A stretch of DNA of 36,938 nucleotides from Thermoanaerobaculia bacterium (GTDB lineage Bacteria; Acidobacteriota; Thermoanaerobaculia; Gp7-AA8): NCBI GenBank assembly GCA_017883215.1, contig JADGOA010000002.1, positions 1 to 36,938 on the forward strand, read 5' to 3'. Made by a program: the position numbers and the translations under genes. Shown piece after piece: positions 20,874 to 29,453 of the stretch. Under the pieces are notes generated by a model. That model saw only the letters and a list, made by a program, of their open reading frames with translations, did no database searches and was not told the origin of the DNA. How positions within the stretch are numbered: position 1 is the stretch's first letter; the number at the start of each line of letters is the position of its first letter.

Positions 20874-22456
20874 CGTGACGCTCCGAAGCGCGGCAGCGGC
20901 GCGACAGCAGGATCCAAGAACTGAACCTGGACGAGCTGATCGCCTCCGGCCCGGAGATCGACGCTCTTCCTGATCGGCTTCGCAAAGGCCGGGTTCGCGA
21001 GCGTCACCTCGTAGCGGCCGGGAGGAAGATCGATCGGCGCCGGCGTGACCAGCGGCTCTTTGAGCTCGACCTGATCGCCGGTGTCGGCATTTCGGATTGC
21101 GGTCACATTCGCCCACGGAAAGGCATTGATCGCCAGATGGGCTGCTCGCGCCGGAACCGCGGCCGCCTGCGCCGGCGCGACCGTCGGCGCAGCGCGATTT
21201 CTCACCATCATGACCACGCCGAGCACGACGGCGAGAACTGCCGCGGCAGCCACGAACCACATGGCCTTCGGTTTCTCTGCCGGGACTCTGCTGTCCAGCG
21301 GTCGCGGCGCGAGATCGATGGCTGCGGCGCCGCTGTCGGTCCTGACGGTCGCACCTGAGTCCGTCTGCATGGTGGCGGCCGAGGAGGACACGGAGACGAC
21401 GGTCGGCGCGTCGCCTGCGGCCCGTTGCGGCGGCACGATCCGCGTCGCCTCGTCCGTTACCTCGCTGGCGGCCGGGATCGACTGCGCGCCCGGCAAATCG
21501 GCCAGAGTCGGTATGATTTTTTCCAGTTCCGCCGCGAATTCGCGAGCGTTGGCGAATCGGTTCCTGCGATCCTTCTCGAGCGCCCGGAAGATCAGAGCCT
21601 CGAGGTCCGGCGCCGCCGGAACGGTGGCATTGACATCCCGCAGCGCGCGCGGCCGCTCCGAGGCGTGGAGCATCAGGTAACCGTGCGGCGTGTCCGCCTG
21701 GAACGGGGGAATCCCGGTCAGCATCTCGTACAGGACGATGCCGAACGAGTACAGATCGGCGCGGCCGTCGATGCGGTCTCCGGCGTCGAGCATGCCCAGT
21801 TGTTCGGGCGAGCAGTATTTCCACTTGCCGACGAACATGCCGGTCTTGGTCTTGTCGTCGCCTTCGTCTCCCCACTGCTTGGCGATTCCCAGATCGATGA
21901 TCTTGACGTGCTCGTTGCCTTCGTCGTCGCGCGTGATCATCAGGTTCTCGGGACTGATGTCGCGGTGGATGATCCCGGCGCGGTGGATCGCATCGAGGCC
22001 CCTGAGCGCCTTCGCGGCGAGGGTGGCGGCATACCTCGGGGAGAGCGGCCCGCGCTCTTCGAGCATTTCGTGGAGGTTTGTCCCCTCGATGTACTCCCAG
22101 ACCATGTAGCGCGTGCCGTCGTCGAGCGTGGAGAAGTCGAACAGGGTGGCGACGTTCGGATGCTGAATGCGGGTGGCCATCCGCGCTTCGCGCAGGAAAC
22201 GATCGTGTGCGCCCTGCTCGTTCTTGATCGCGGCGCGCATCAACTTCACGACGCGGATCGAGTTCAAGTGCAGGTGCAGGACCTTGTAGACCTCGCCCAT
22301 ACCGCCGACGCCGAGCCGCGCCAGAATCTTGTACTTCCCGTCGATGGGCGTTTCGAGATATCGGCGCAGAAAGTCCGTTAACGGCTCGCCGCAAAACGGG
22401 CAGGCCTTGAACGCCGGATCGAGCTCCGATCTGCAGTGGATGCAGAAAAAGGACAT
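20870..22456 (-). CDS. Ser/Thr protein kinase: N-terminal zinc ribbon, TM helix, PEGA-like extracytoplasmic domain
   Basis: Zinc ribbon CIHCRSELDPAFKACPFCG. Hanks kinase motifs GVGGMGEVYKV, HRDISPENL, DLGIA and YCSPEQ. TM helix MWFVAAAAVLAVVLGVVMMV. The C-terminus is PEGA-like (LPPGRYEVTLANPAF). Confidence 0.9.
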   Translation of the reverse strand: MSFFCIHCRSELDPAFKACPFCGEPLTDFLRRYLETPIDGKYKILARLGVGGMGEVYKVLHLHLNSIRVVKLMRAAIKNEQGAHDRFLREARMATRIQHPNVATLFDFSTLDDGTRYMVWEYIEGTNLHEMLEERGPLSPRYAATLAAKALRGLDAIHRAGIIHRDISPENLMITRDDEGNEHVKIIDLGIAKQWGDEGDDKTKTGMFVGKWKYCSPEQLGMLDAGDRIDGRADLYSFGIVLYEMLTGIPPFQADTPHGYLMLHASERPRALRDVNATVPAAPDLEALIFRALEKDRRNRFANAREFAAELEKIIPTLADLPGAQSIPAASEVTDEATRIVPPQRAAGDAPTVVSVSSSAATMQTDSGATVRTDSGAAAIDLAPRPLDSRVPAEKPKAMWFVAAAAVLAVVLGVVMMVRNRAAPTVAPAQAAAVPARAAHLAINAFPWANVTAIRNADTGDQVELKEPLVTPAPIDLPPGRYEVTLANPAFAKPIRKSVDLRAGGDQLVQVQFLDPAVAPLPRFGASR

Positions 22457-22510
22457 GTGGTCGAGGTAACTATCGGTTCCTTGCTGTGCCGACGATTATA
22501 AGCTTGCCCC

Positions 22511-22906
22511 ATGAAGGAAAAGACGATCACTGTGCACACATCCGCGCGTGAGCAGATCCTCATCATCACGGATCAGGTCCAACGGGCGCTGGCGGAGCTG
22601 ACGAGCAGCGACGGCATCTGCACGGTCGTGGTGCCGCACACGACCTGCGCCATCTCCGTCAACGAGAACGCTGATCCCGACGTCCCGGCGGACATCGTCA
22701 AGGCTCTCCGGGCGATGATTCCGGACGTGCGCTTCGACCATTCCGAAGGGAATTCCGATGCTCACCTGCTGACGACGCTGATCGGAACCTCTCTCTCCTG
22801 GCCCTACCGAACCGGCCAGTTGGTCCTCGGCACCTGGCAGGGCCTCTATTTCATCGAGCTCGATGGACCGCGGGCGAGGAAGGTGACCGTTTACGTTAGC
22901 GAGTAG
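22511..22906 (+). CDS. YjbQ/UPF0047 family protein (secondary thiamine-phosphate synthase-like)
   Basis: 131 aa. Family pattern: ITDQV...G.CTVVVPHTTCAISVNENADPDV..D......P....F.H.EGNSDAHL......G.S....G.L.LGTWQG.YF.E.DGPR.R. Confidence 0.8.
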   Translation: MKEKTITVHTSAREQILIITDQVQRALAELTSSDGICTVVVPHTTCAISVNENADPDVPADIVKALRAMIPDVRFDHSEGNSDAHLLTTLIGTSLSWPYRTGQLVLGTWQGLYFIELDGPRARKVTVYVSE

Positions 22907-23036
22907 CGAGTAGGGAAGGCGAGCGGGTAGCGGGTAGGAGACATCGGGAGACTGCGCGCGGCGTCGGTTCCTGCACACCACCCGCCTGCTCGCGAACGTG
23001 GCTCCCCTACTCGCTACTCGCTACTCGCTACTCGCT
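22898..23036. repeat. Long hairpin with CTACTCG-heptamer arms
   Basis: agcgagtagcgagtaggg (22898-22915) is the perfect reverse complement of ccctactcgctactcgct (23005-23022). The right arm continues as (ctactcg)x4 to 23036. The left arm overlaps the yjbQ stop codon. Confidence 0.9.
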
Positions 23037-23047
23037 TCGGAGACACC

Positions 23048-24478
23048 ATGACCAACACCTACGACGTGATCATCATCGGCGGCGGCACGGCAGGGCTCGT
23101 GACCGCCTCGGGTTGTGCGCGCCTCGGGCGGCGCGTCGCGCTCATCGAACGACAGGCGCTCGGCGGAGACTGTCTCTGGACTGGCTGCGTTCCGACGAAA
23201 GCGCTCGTCGCGTCGGCGCGGCTAGCCCACCAGATGCGCAACGCAGCGGCATTCGGGTTCGATAACGTCGAGCCGAAGATCACCCCAGCGCGCATTCTCG
23301 AGTCGATGCGCGAGGCGCAGCGGATCATCGGCCGCCACGACGATCCCGAGAGATTCCGCAAGCTCGGCATCGACGTGATCGAGGGGGAGGCGCGCCTGCT
23401 CTCGACCAGCAGCGTGACCGTAGGCGGCCGAACGCTCGTCGCGAAGGATGTCGTCATCGCCACCGGGTCGCGAACCGCCGTCCCTCCGGTCGAGGGGCTC
23501 GAAGCAGCGGGGTTCGTCGATCACGCGACGTTCCTCGCCGGCGGCACGTTCCCGCGGTCGGTCGTCATCCTTGGCGGTGGTGCCATCGGGATCGAGTTCG
23601 CGCAGATGCTCCGCCGCTTCGGGTGCGAAGTCACGGTCGTGGAGATGCTCGAATCGATTCTTCCGAAAGAGGACGACGATGTGATCGCGCGCGTCCGCGA
23701 CGTCCTCAGCGACGAGGGCGTCGCGTTCCGCACCGGCTCGCGAGTCAAGGCCGTGCGCATCGAAGAGGGGCGCAAAGTCGCCGAGATCGAGAACGCGCGC
23801 GGGCGGAGCGAGCGCATCGTCGCAGACGAGATCTTCGTCGCCTCCGGCCGCCGTGGGAACATCGGCAACCTCGGCCTCGAAGCGATCGGCGTCAGGACCG
23901 AACGGTCGTACGTCCTGGTCGATCGATATCTGCAGACGAGCGTCGGGCGCGTCTGGGCGTGTGGTGACGTTCACGGCGGCCTGCAGTTCACCCACGTGGC
24001 GTCATACGAAGCGGTGAAGCTCGTACGCAACATGCTCTTCCCGGGCAAGTCGGCCGTGCGCTACGACGACATACCGTGGGCGATCTACATCGATCCGGAG
24101 GTTGCCCGCGTCGGCAAGACGGAGCGCGAAGCGACCGAGGAGGTCGGGCCGGCGAACATCCGGACCTACAAGGTGGAGCTGATCGATGTCGATCGTGCCG
24201 TGGTCGACCGCTCGGCGAACGGCTTCGTCAAGTTCGTCTGCGACCGCAAGGGGAACATCCTCGGCGCTCACGCCGTCTGTCCGCACGCCTCCACGCTCAT
24301 CGAAGAGGTCGTGGTGGCGCGAAAGAAGCGGATGCGCATCGGAGAGATTGCCCGGCTCGTTTCCGCCTACCCGTCTCTGGCCGACGGGGTGCAGAAGGCG
24401 GCCGCGCAGTATTACCAGGATCTCTCGTCGTCGACGCCAGGCGCACTCGCCAGACGCCTCGCCGCGTGGTCGCAGTGA
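23048..24478 (+). CDS. Class I pyridine nucleotide-disulfide oxidoreductase (Lpd/MerA-like)
   Basis: 476 aa. FAD motif DVIIIGGGTAG, redox disulfide GGDCLWTGCVPTK, NAD motif VVILGGGAIGIEFA and a C-terminal dimerisation domain. The usual HAHPTL.E is replaced by SAYPSLAD. Confidence 0.85.
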   Translation: MTNTYDVIIIGGGTAGLVTASGCARLGRRVALIERQALGGDCLWTGCVPTKALVASARLAHQMRNAAAFGFDNVEPKITPARILESMREAQRIIGRHDDPERFRKLGIDVIEGEARLLSTSSVTVGGRTLVAKDVVIATGSRTAVPPVEGLEAAGFVDHATFLAGGTFPRSVVILGGGAIGIEFAQMLRRFGCEVTVVEMLESILPKEDDDVIARVRDVLSDEGVAFRTGSRVKAVRIEEGRKVAEIENARGRSERIVADEIFVASGRRGNIGNLGLEAIGVRTERSYVLVDRYLQTSVGRVWACGDVHGGLQFTHVASYEAVKLVRNMLFPGKSAVRYDDIPWAIYIDPEVARVGKTEREATEEVGPANIRTYKVELIDVDRAVVDRSANGFVKFVCDRKGNILGAHAVCPHASTLIEEVVVARKKRMRIGEIARLVSAYPSLADGVQKAAAQYYQDLSSSTPGALARRLAAWSQ

Positions 24479-24908
24479 CAAACTCGTGAGAGCGAGTCAC
24501 CGATGCCCGGCGGCCAGCGACCGGTAGTAGAGGAGGGGGCAGAGTCAACGGCCAACGCCCCCTCATCCGCCTTCGGCACCTTCTCCCCCGCTGTCGCGGA
24601 GGCGAAGGGTCTCGAATCTGAGCTCCTCGCGAGACACTCCCAACCGAGGCCCCTCGCCCGCTGAGACAGAAAAACGGGACCCGCCGTCGAGACGGTCGTC
24701 GGTCGTTGGAGGACCGGGGCTATGACAAGTCGCCCGACAGAAACGCCGCCTCCCCGACCGGAAGCACCGCTATCACGCCGGCATGTGACGAGTCGACGGC
24801 CGTGATGATATCTTTCAACGCCGTCCCCGTGCGGGCGCGCCTGTGTACGACAGGCCGGCGTAATCGGAACGCGTGAGCGCCGGCGCACCTGCACTTCGAC
24901 TCGGAGGA

Positions 24909-25433
24909 ATGATGAAACGTCTGCTGGTTGCCTCGTTCTCGATTCTCGCCCTCGCTGCATGCGCGCACACGCCGCGCGGTCCGATGGCTGTGGCCACACT
25001 GCAGCCGATCAGCGGATCGACAGCAAACGGCGCCGTACATTTCCAGGAGCTCGCTGACGGCAGCGTTCAGGTCGATGTCGATTTGAAGGGCGTGCCCGCC
25101 GGGGTTCACGGCTTTCACATCCACGACAAGGGAAGCTGCGCCGACAACGGGATGGCTGCCGGCGGTCACTTCAACCCGATGGCCCAGAGCCACGGCGCAC
25201 CCGATGCCATGCCGCACCACGCCGGTGACTTCGGCAACGTCACGGCGAACGCGAACGGTGAGGTGCACGCGCAGTTCGTCACGAAGTCGGTCACGCTCAG
25301 CGCCGGAGCGGCGTCGGCTGTCGGTCACGCAGTGATCCTTCACGCGAATCCGGACGATCTCGTGACGCAGCCCACGGGCAACGCCGGCGGCCGCATCGCC
25401 TGTGGCATCGTCGAGCCGAGCGGGAAGATGTGA
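24909..25433 (+). CDS. sodC: Cu,Zn superoxide dismutase, lipoprotein-type
   Basis: GGAGGA lies upstream of ATG 24909. Lipobox LALAAC. Motifs GFHIHDKGSC, GGHFNP, HAGDFGN and GNAGGRIACGIV. Confidence 0.92.
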   Translation: MMKRLLVASFSILALAACAHTPRGPMAVATLQPISGSTANGAVHFQELADGSVQVDVDLKGVPAGVHGFHIHDKGSCADNGMAAGGHFNPMAQSHGAPDAMPHHAGDFGNVTANANGEVHAQFVTKSVTLSAGAASAVGHAVILHANPDDLVTQPTGNAGGRIACGIVEPSGKM

Positions 25434-25441
25434 CACCAGCA

Positions 25442-25525
25442 CCCGGCCAGTTGCTCAGTTGCTGAGTTACTCAGTTACTCAGTTGTTCGTGCCGCGCAAC
25501 CTCAGCAACTGAGCAACTGGCCGGG
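25442..25525. repeat. Perfect 25-bp inverted repeat with CAGTTGCT-octamer arms
   Basis: cccggccagttgctcagttgctgag (25442-25466) pairs with ctcagcaactgagcaactggccggg (25501-25525). The 34-nt loop continues the octamer series (ttactcag ttactcag ttg). It lies 9 nt after the sodC stop. Confidence 0.95.
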
Positions 25526-25581
25526 CGGGGGACCAATGGCAGGCCTGATGCACTGACCACGCGAGTCACCGGAGGCCAGTC

Positions 25582-26055
25582 ATGAAGCATCTGCTACTCG
25601 TTCCGATCGTGCTCCTCGCCGCCTCCTGCACCAGCGGCGGTGGCGGCAGCGCACAATCGTCAGCCCAGCCGGGCCACGGTTCGATCACGATACAGATCGT
25701 GCCGAATCCGATCGTGGCGCAGCACCTCAGCGGCAGCATGTACAGCTTCCCATTCGACGCGGTGGTGCGGGAGACAGGTGGCCGGCCGGTGAACATCACT
25801 CGAGTGAGCGCGGACGTGAACGCGCTCGGCGGCATCCACGTGGCCTCGGAGAGTTACGAAGCAGCGCGCATCAGCAGCCTCGGCTACAGCACGCAGCTCG
25901 CCGCCAATGGCGAGCTGCGGTATCACTTCGCGCCGCAGAAGGCGGTCGCCGACGAGCGGCTTTTCAGCAGCGTGAGCGCGGTGCTGCGCGTCGACGCGCT
26001 GGACGACACCGGCACCCCGGCATCGGCCCAGACGGCCGTGACAGTGACGCGCTGA
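25582..26055 (+). CDS. Hypothetical lipoprotein
   Basis: 157 aa with lipobox LLAASC and a Gly/Ser linker, predicted all-beta. No family recognised. Confidence 0.6.
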   Translation: MKHLLLVPIVLLAASCTSGGGGSAQSSAQPGHGSITIQIVPNPIVAQHLSGSMYSFPFDAVVRETGGRPVNITRVSADVNALGGIHVASESYEAARISSLGYSTQLAANGELRYHFAPQKAVADERLFSSVSAVLRVDALDDTGTPASAQTAVTVTR

Positions 26056-26060
26056 GCCGC

Positions 26061-26573
26061 TCAGAGCAGACCGTGCTCGCGCATCTTCCGCCAGAGCGTG
26101 GCGCGGCTGATGCCGAGCGAGCGGGCGGCCGCGTCGCGACGCCAACGGCTGGCCTCGAGCGAGGCGATGATACGCGAGCGCTCGTTGTCCGGCTCGTCGA
26201 GCGGATGCAGGACCAGCACGTACTTCACGTCGGTCAGCTGATCGCGATGTGCAACGTGCGGCGCCAGCCGTACGAAGACTCCGCGATCGCCGCGTGCGGT
26301 GTGCATCACGGCGCGCGTCTCGGCGCGATGGCCGAGGCGCAGTAACGCATCGACTTCCGCACCGAGCGCGGCGGCCAGGGGAACACCCGCAAGATCGCGG
26401 AGGTCGTCCGGTGCGTAGACGATTCGCATGTCGCCGTCGACGCAGAGCAGCACTTCGCCGATCGAATCAAAGAGGGCGCTTGCCGCGTCGAGAACGGCGC
26501 GGCGGTCGGTCTCGTACGTTAAGGTTGTCATGATTCTGCCGATTCTTTGGAGTGGATCAAATTGTTGCCGCAT
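26061..26573 (-). CDS. Fis-family HTH DNA-binding protein with PAS-like sensory N-terminus
   Basis: The C-terminus IIASLEASRWRRDAAARSLGISRATLWRKMREHGL is an HTH_8/Fis-type helix-turn-helix. There is no AAA+ domain. The start may be ATG 26531 instead. Confidence 0.7.
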   Translation of the reverse strand: MRQQFDPLQRIGRIMTTLTYETDRRAVLDAASALFDSIGEVLLCVDGDMRIVYAPDDLRDLAGVPLAAALGAEVDALLRLGHRAETRAVMHTARGDRGVFVRLAPHVAHRDQLTDVKYVLVLHPLDEPDNERSRIIASLEASRWRRDAAARSLGISRATLWRKMREHGLL

Positions 26574-26600
26574 TAGCGGTCACAGAATGACGTGACACGT

Positions 26601-26616
26601 TATGACCGAAGTCATT
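26601..26616. promoter_or_regulatory. Candidate Crp/Fnr-family operator (TATGA-N6-TCATT), site 1
   Basis: tATGAccgaagTCATt. It is followed after exactly 21 nt by TAGCCT (26638-26643) and lies 37 nt upstream of the relic gene ATG 26653. The geometry matches the sites at 27993 and 30297. Confidence 0.5.
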
Positions 26617-26652
26617 CCGGAGCAGTTTGTGCAGACGTAGCCTAGGTCGACA

Positions 26653-27060
26653 ATGGAAACACTCCGTGGAGTCGGCATTGAACGGGTCAAGGCGACGGTC
26701 TGGGGGGCATTTTTCACTGCGATCCTGGGCGTTCTGATCGTCGTCGGCTCCCGCAATCTCGACCATTTCGACGCCGCCCTGGTCGGTTATACGTTTGCAG
26801 TCCTGTTCGCCACTTTCGCCATCACCTACAGATACACAATGTGGCTGCAACGGTCGCCGACGGTGTTGTAGGGAGGCGTGGCTGGCAGGTGTTCTTCAAG
26901 CGCCGCTTCGCCGCCCGCAACGCCGGCCACTGGGTCCAGCGCGTTGTCGCGGACTTTGCCCTGAACCGCTTCATCGCCTACCGCGGCGGCTTTCGCTGGC
27001 TCGCCCACTGGCTGATCATGTGGGGTTGCGTCCTCGCGGCGGCCATCACGTTCCCGCAGG
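26653..27060 (+). pseudogene. Frameshifted and truncated polytopic membrane protein (relic)
   Basis: Frame 1 reads METLRGVG...[14 protein letters not shown] and stops at 26871. The sequence continues in another frame as [12 protein letters not shown]...[21 protein letters not shown]. Coding sense is lost at about 27055, where it abuts molybdoenzyme fragments. Confidence 0.6.
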
Positions 27061-27070
27061 AGCAGCGAAC

Positions 27071-27753
27071 AAGAAGGCTTTCGGGATCGACCGCTGCGCC
27101 AACCCGTGAGACGACATCCTCGGCGCCGAAGCCGTCTGGATCGCCGGGTCGAACACGGCCGAGTGCTCTCCGATCACGACGAATTACGTCTGGCAGGCGC
27201 GCGAGGCCGGCGGCAAGGTCATCGTTCAGGATCCGCGGATCACGCCGATCGCCAGGACGGCCGACATTTTTCTGCCCGTCAAGCCGGGGCGTGACGTCGC
27301 GCTGTTCAACGGCATCCTCCACCTGATGATCCAGAACGACTGGCTCGACCACGACTTCATCGAAAACCACACCTCCGGCTTCGATGCCGTTGCCGCCCAC
27401 GTCAGGGACTGGACGCCGAAGCGGACGGCGGAGGTCACGGGCGTTGCCGAGAAGCAGATCCGCGCGGCGGCCGAGGTGTGGGGAACCAGGAGGAAGACGA
27501 AGGAGTGGTGGCGCAGGTCGAAGGCCGCGTCATCAAGATCAACAAGGCCGTGGAGGCGCCGGGCGACGCCACCCAGGACTGGCGCATCATCCAGGACATC
27601 GCCGCCGCGTTAGGGCGCAGTCACGGCATGACGTTCCAGAGTCCGCGCGAGATCTTCGACGAGCTGCGCGTCGCCTCGAAAGGCGGCATTGCCGATTACT
27701 TCGGGATCACGTACGAAAAGATCGAGGCCCAGAACGGAGTCTTCTGGCCATGA
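27071..27753 (+). pseudogene. NarB/NasA-type molybdopterin nitrate reductase, multiply deleted relic
   Basis: Three collinear fragments survive.
- Fragment 1: [12 protein letters not shown], ending in an in-frame TGA at 27107.
- Fragment 2 (27110-27484): [22 protein letters not shown]...[36 protein letters not shown]...[38 protein letters not shown].
- Fragment 3, in a different frame (about 27490-27753): [41 protein letters not shown]...[16 protein letters not shown].

The N-terminal Fe-S domain, the central part and the C-terminal dinucleotide-binding domain are all missing. Confidence 0.8.
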
Positions 27754-27797
27754 ACTTTATGGTCCGTGATGCTGAGAAGCTGTGCAGAAATCGAATT

Positions 27798-27872
27798 CAC
27801 CACAGAGGCACAGAGAGCACAGAGACTGTTCCTCCGCCTTTCTTTCTCTGTGTCCTCTGTGTCTCTGTCGTG
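27798..27872. repeat. Imperfect hairpin with CACAGAG-type arms
   Basis: caccacagaggcacagagagcacagagac (27798-27826) pairs with tctctgtgtcctctgtgtctctgtcgtg (27845-27872). About 24 of 28 positions are complementary. Confidence 0.85.
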
Positions 27873-27939
27873 AAAGAGAGGTTGGTATCGCCACGCTCCC
27901 GATTTCGGCACAGCCTCTCAGGATGACTGGGAAGACTGT

Positions 27940-27983
27940 GGTCCGCGATCCGCGGTCCGCGGTCCCCTACTCGCCACTCGCTG
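27940..27983. repeat. Tandem heptamers GGTCCGC (x4, degenerate) followed by TACTCGC/CACTCGC
   Basis: ggtccgc gatccgc ggtccgc ggtcccc tactcgc cactcgc t. The GGTCCGC unit recurs at 32114-32145. Confidence 0.85.
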
Positions 27984-27992
27984 TCCCCAAGA

Positions 27993-28008
27993 CATGACCT
28001 AAATCATG
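27993..28008. promoter_or_regulatory. Candidate Crp/Fnr-family operator (CATGA-N6-TCATG), site 2, upstream of narK
   Basis: Perfect palindrome CATGAcctaaaTCATG. It is followed after 21 nt by TAATCT (28030-28035). The narK ATG is at 28054. Confidence 0.6.
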
Positions 28009-28053
28009 GTGCCGTCACTTCCCGCCGCGTAATCTGCGATCGGAGCGTTTGTC

Positions 28054-29250
28054 ATGACAGAAGCTCACAAACCGACTGGGAATGCGCTGCAATTGACGCT
28101 GGCGACCGGCGCATTCGCGGTCTGCTTCGCCATCTTCGGATCCGTGTCGGCAATGATGCCGATCATCAAAAAGAACCTCCACCTCGACCCCGTGCAGGTC
28201 AGCGTCGCCCTCGCTCTGCCCGTCCTCCTCGGCAGCCTCGGCCGCATTCCACTCGGCATGATGGCCGACCGTTTCGGCGGCCGCGTCGTCTTCTCCGCGG
28301 TCATGGCCTGTTCGATCGTCCCGGCCGTTTTCATGGGCTGGCTCTCGAGCTACTCGCAGCTGCTCACGTTCGGATTTCTGATCGGCATCGCCCTGGCCAG
28401 CTTTTCGGTGGGCGTGTCGTTCGTCAGCCGGTGGTATCCGCCGGAGAGACAGGGAACGGCGCTCGGCATCTACGGCGCAGGGAACATCGGCCAGTCGCTG
28501 GCGGCCTTCGGAGCGCCGGTGGTGGCAGCGGCGTGGGGGTTCCGCTGGGGCTTCTGGCTTTTCGGCATCCTGACGTTGGTGTGGTTGCTCTTCTTCATTG
28601 CCAAAGCCGAGAATCCGGTCGGCACGCGTCCCAAGTCGTTCGCCGACACGATCGCTCCGTTGAAGGAGAAGAAGAGCTGGGTTCTGAGCCTCTACTACTT
28701 CCTCACCTTCGGCGGCTTCGTGGCAATGAGCGTTTACTTGCCGACGCTTCTCACCGACGTCTTCAGGCTCACGCCGCAGAATGCGGGCCTGCGCACGGCA
28801 GGATTCGTAGTTCTGGCGACGACTTTGCGGCCGGTCGGCGGAAAGCTCGCGGATCGGCTGGGCGGCAATCGCATCCTGTATTTCGTCTTCCCGCTCACGG
28901 CGGCGATGGCCCTTCTCCTGGCCGCCCCACCGCACATGATCACCTTCACGATCGGCGCGCTCGGAATGGCGGCTGCGATCGGGCTCGGCAACGGCGCAGT
29001 GTTCAAGCTGGTCCCGCAGTTCTTCCCCAACACCGTCGGCAGCGTCACCGGGCTGGTGGGCGCCGCCGGTGGGCTGGGCGGCTTCTTCCCGCCGCTGGTG
29101 CTCGGGATCATTCGGAAAGAGACCGGAACGTTCAGCGCCGGATTCGTCCTGCTCGCCGCATTTGCACTGTTTTGCCTGCTGGTGCTGTGGCTCAGCGGAC
29201 GAAGTGAGAGTCGCGAGCGCGAATCACAGGTGGAGCGAATGGCCGCATAG
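28054..29250 (+). CDS. narK: MFS nitrate/nitrite transporter (NNP/NarK family)
   Basis: 398 aa with 12 TM helices. Motifs: [15 protein letters not shown] (MFS loop 2-3) and nitrate-signature-like YGAGNIGQS and [15 protein letters not shown]. Confidence 0.85.
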
Positions 29251-29290
29251 CAATCGGACGGGCGAGCGAGACACGAAATCAGCGAAAGCT

Positions 29291-29446
29291 GCGGACGTGC
29301 TGCTCCGCGGCGGTAGTGGAGAGCGGACATTCCTGTCCGTCGGCTTACGAGCGGCCCTGGCTGGCGCAAGCAATCGGCGATGCACGGCCGCCCGGCGGCC
29401 GGACGCGAATGTCCGGCCGCTGCGGACAGGAATGTCCGCTCTCCAC
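29291..29446. repeat. Composite palindromic element built from CGGAC...GTCCG hairpins
   Basis: Perfect 24-bp inverted repeat: gtggagagcggacattcctgtccg (29316-29339) pairs with cggacaggaatgtccgctctccac (29423-29446). Each arm is itself a hairpin. An inner hairpin ggccggac-gcgaat-gtccggcc lies at 29398-29419. The element sits between the convergent narK and regulator stops. Confidence 0.95.
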
Positions 29447-29453
29447 ATACCGG

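Noticed and set aside
19509-22394. 961-aa minus-strand ORF in the track.
   Set aside because: Its 5' two-thirds is an Arg/Pro/Gly-rich shadow frame of the Ser/Thr kinase gene (20870-22456), which has clear Hanks motifs in another frame. Only the part from ATG 20873 onward, which has a signal peptide and an ATGA overlap with the kinase stop, is credible.
27107-27109. The in-frame TGA in the nitrate-reductase relic aligns with the Mo-ligand Cys/Sec position (CAR-x-C/U-H versus CAN-P-*-D), so it could be a selenocysteine codon.
   Set aside because: About 25 residues that normally follow this position are missing, the rest of the gene is deleted and frameshifted, and I see no convincing SECIS-like stem-loop immediately downstream. 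NarB/NasA enzymes use Cys. A nonsense mutation or deletion junction is the most economical explanation.
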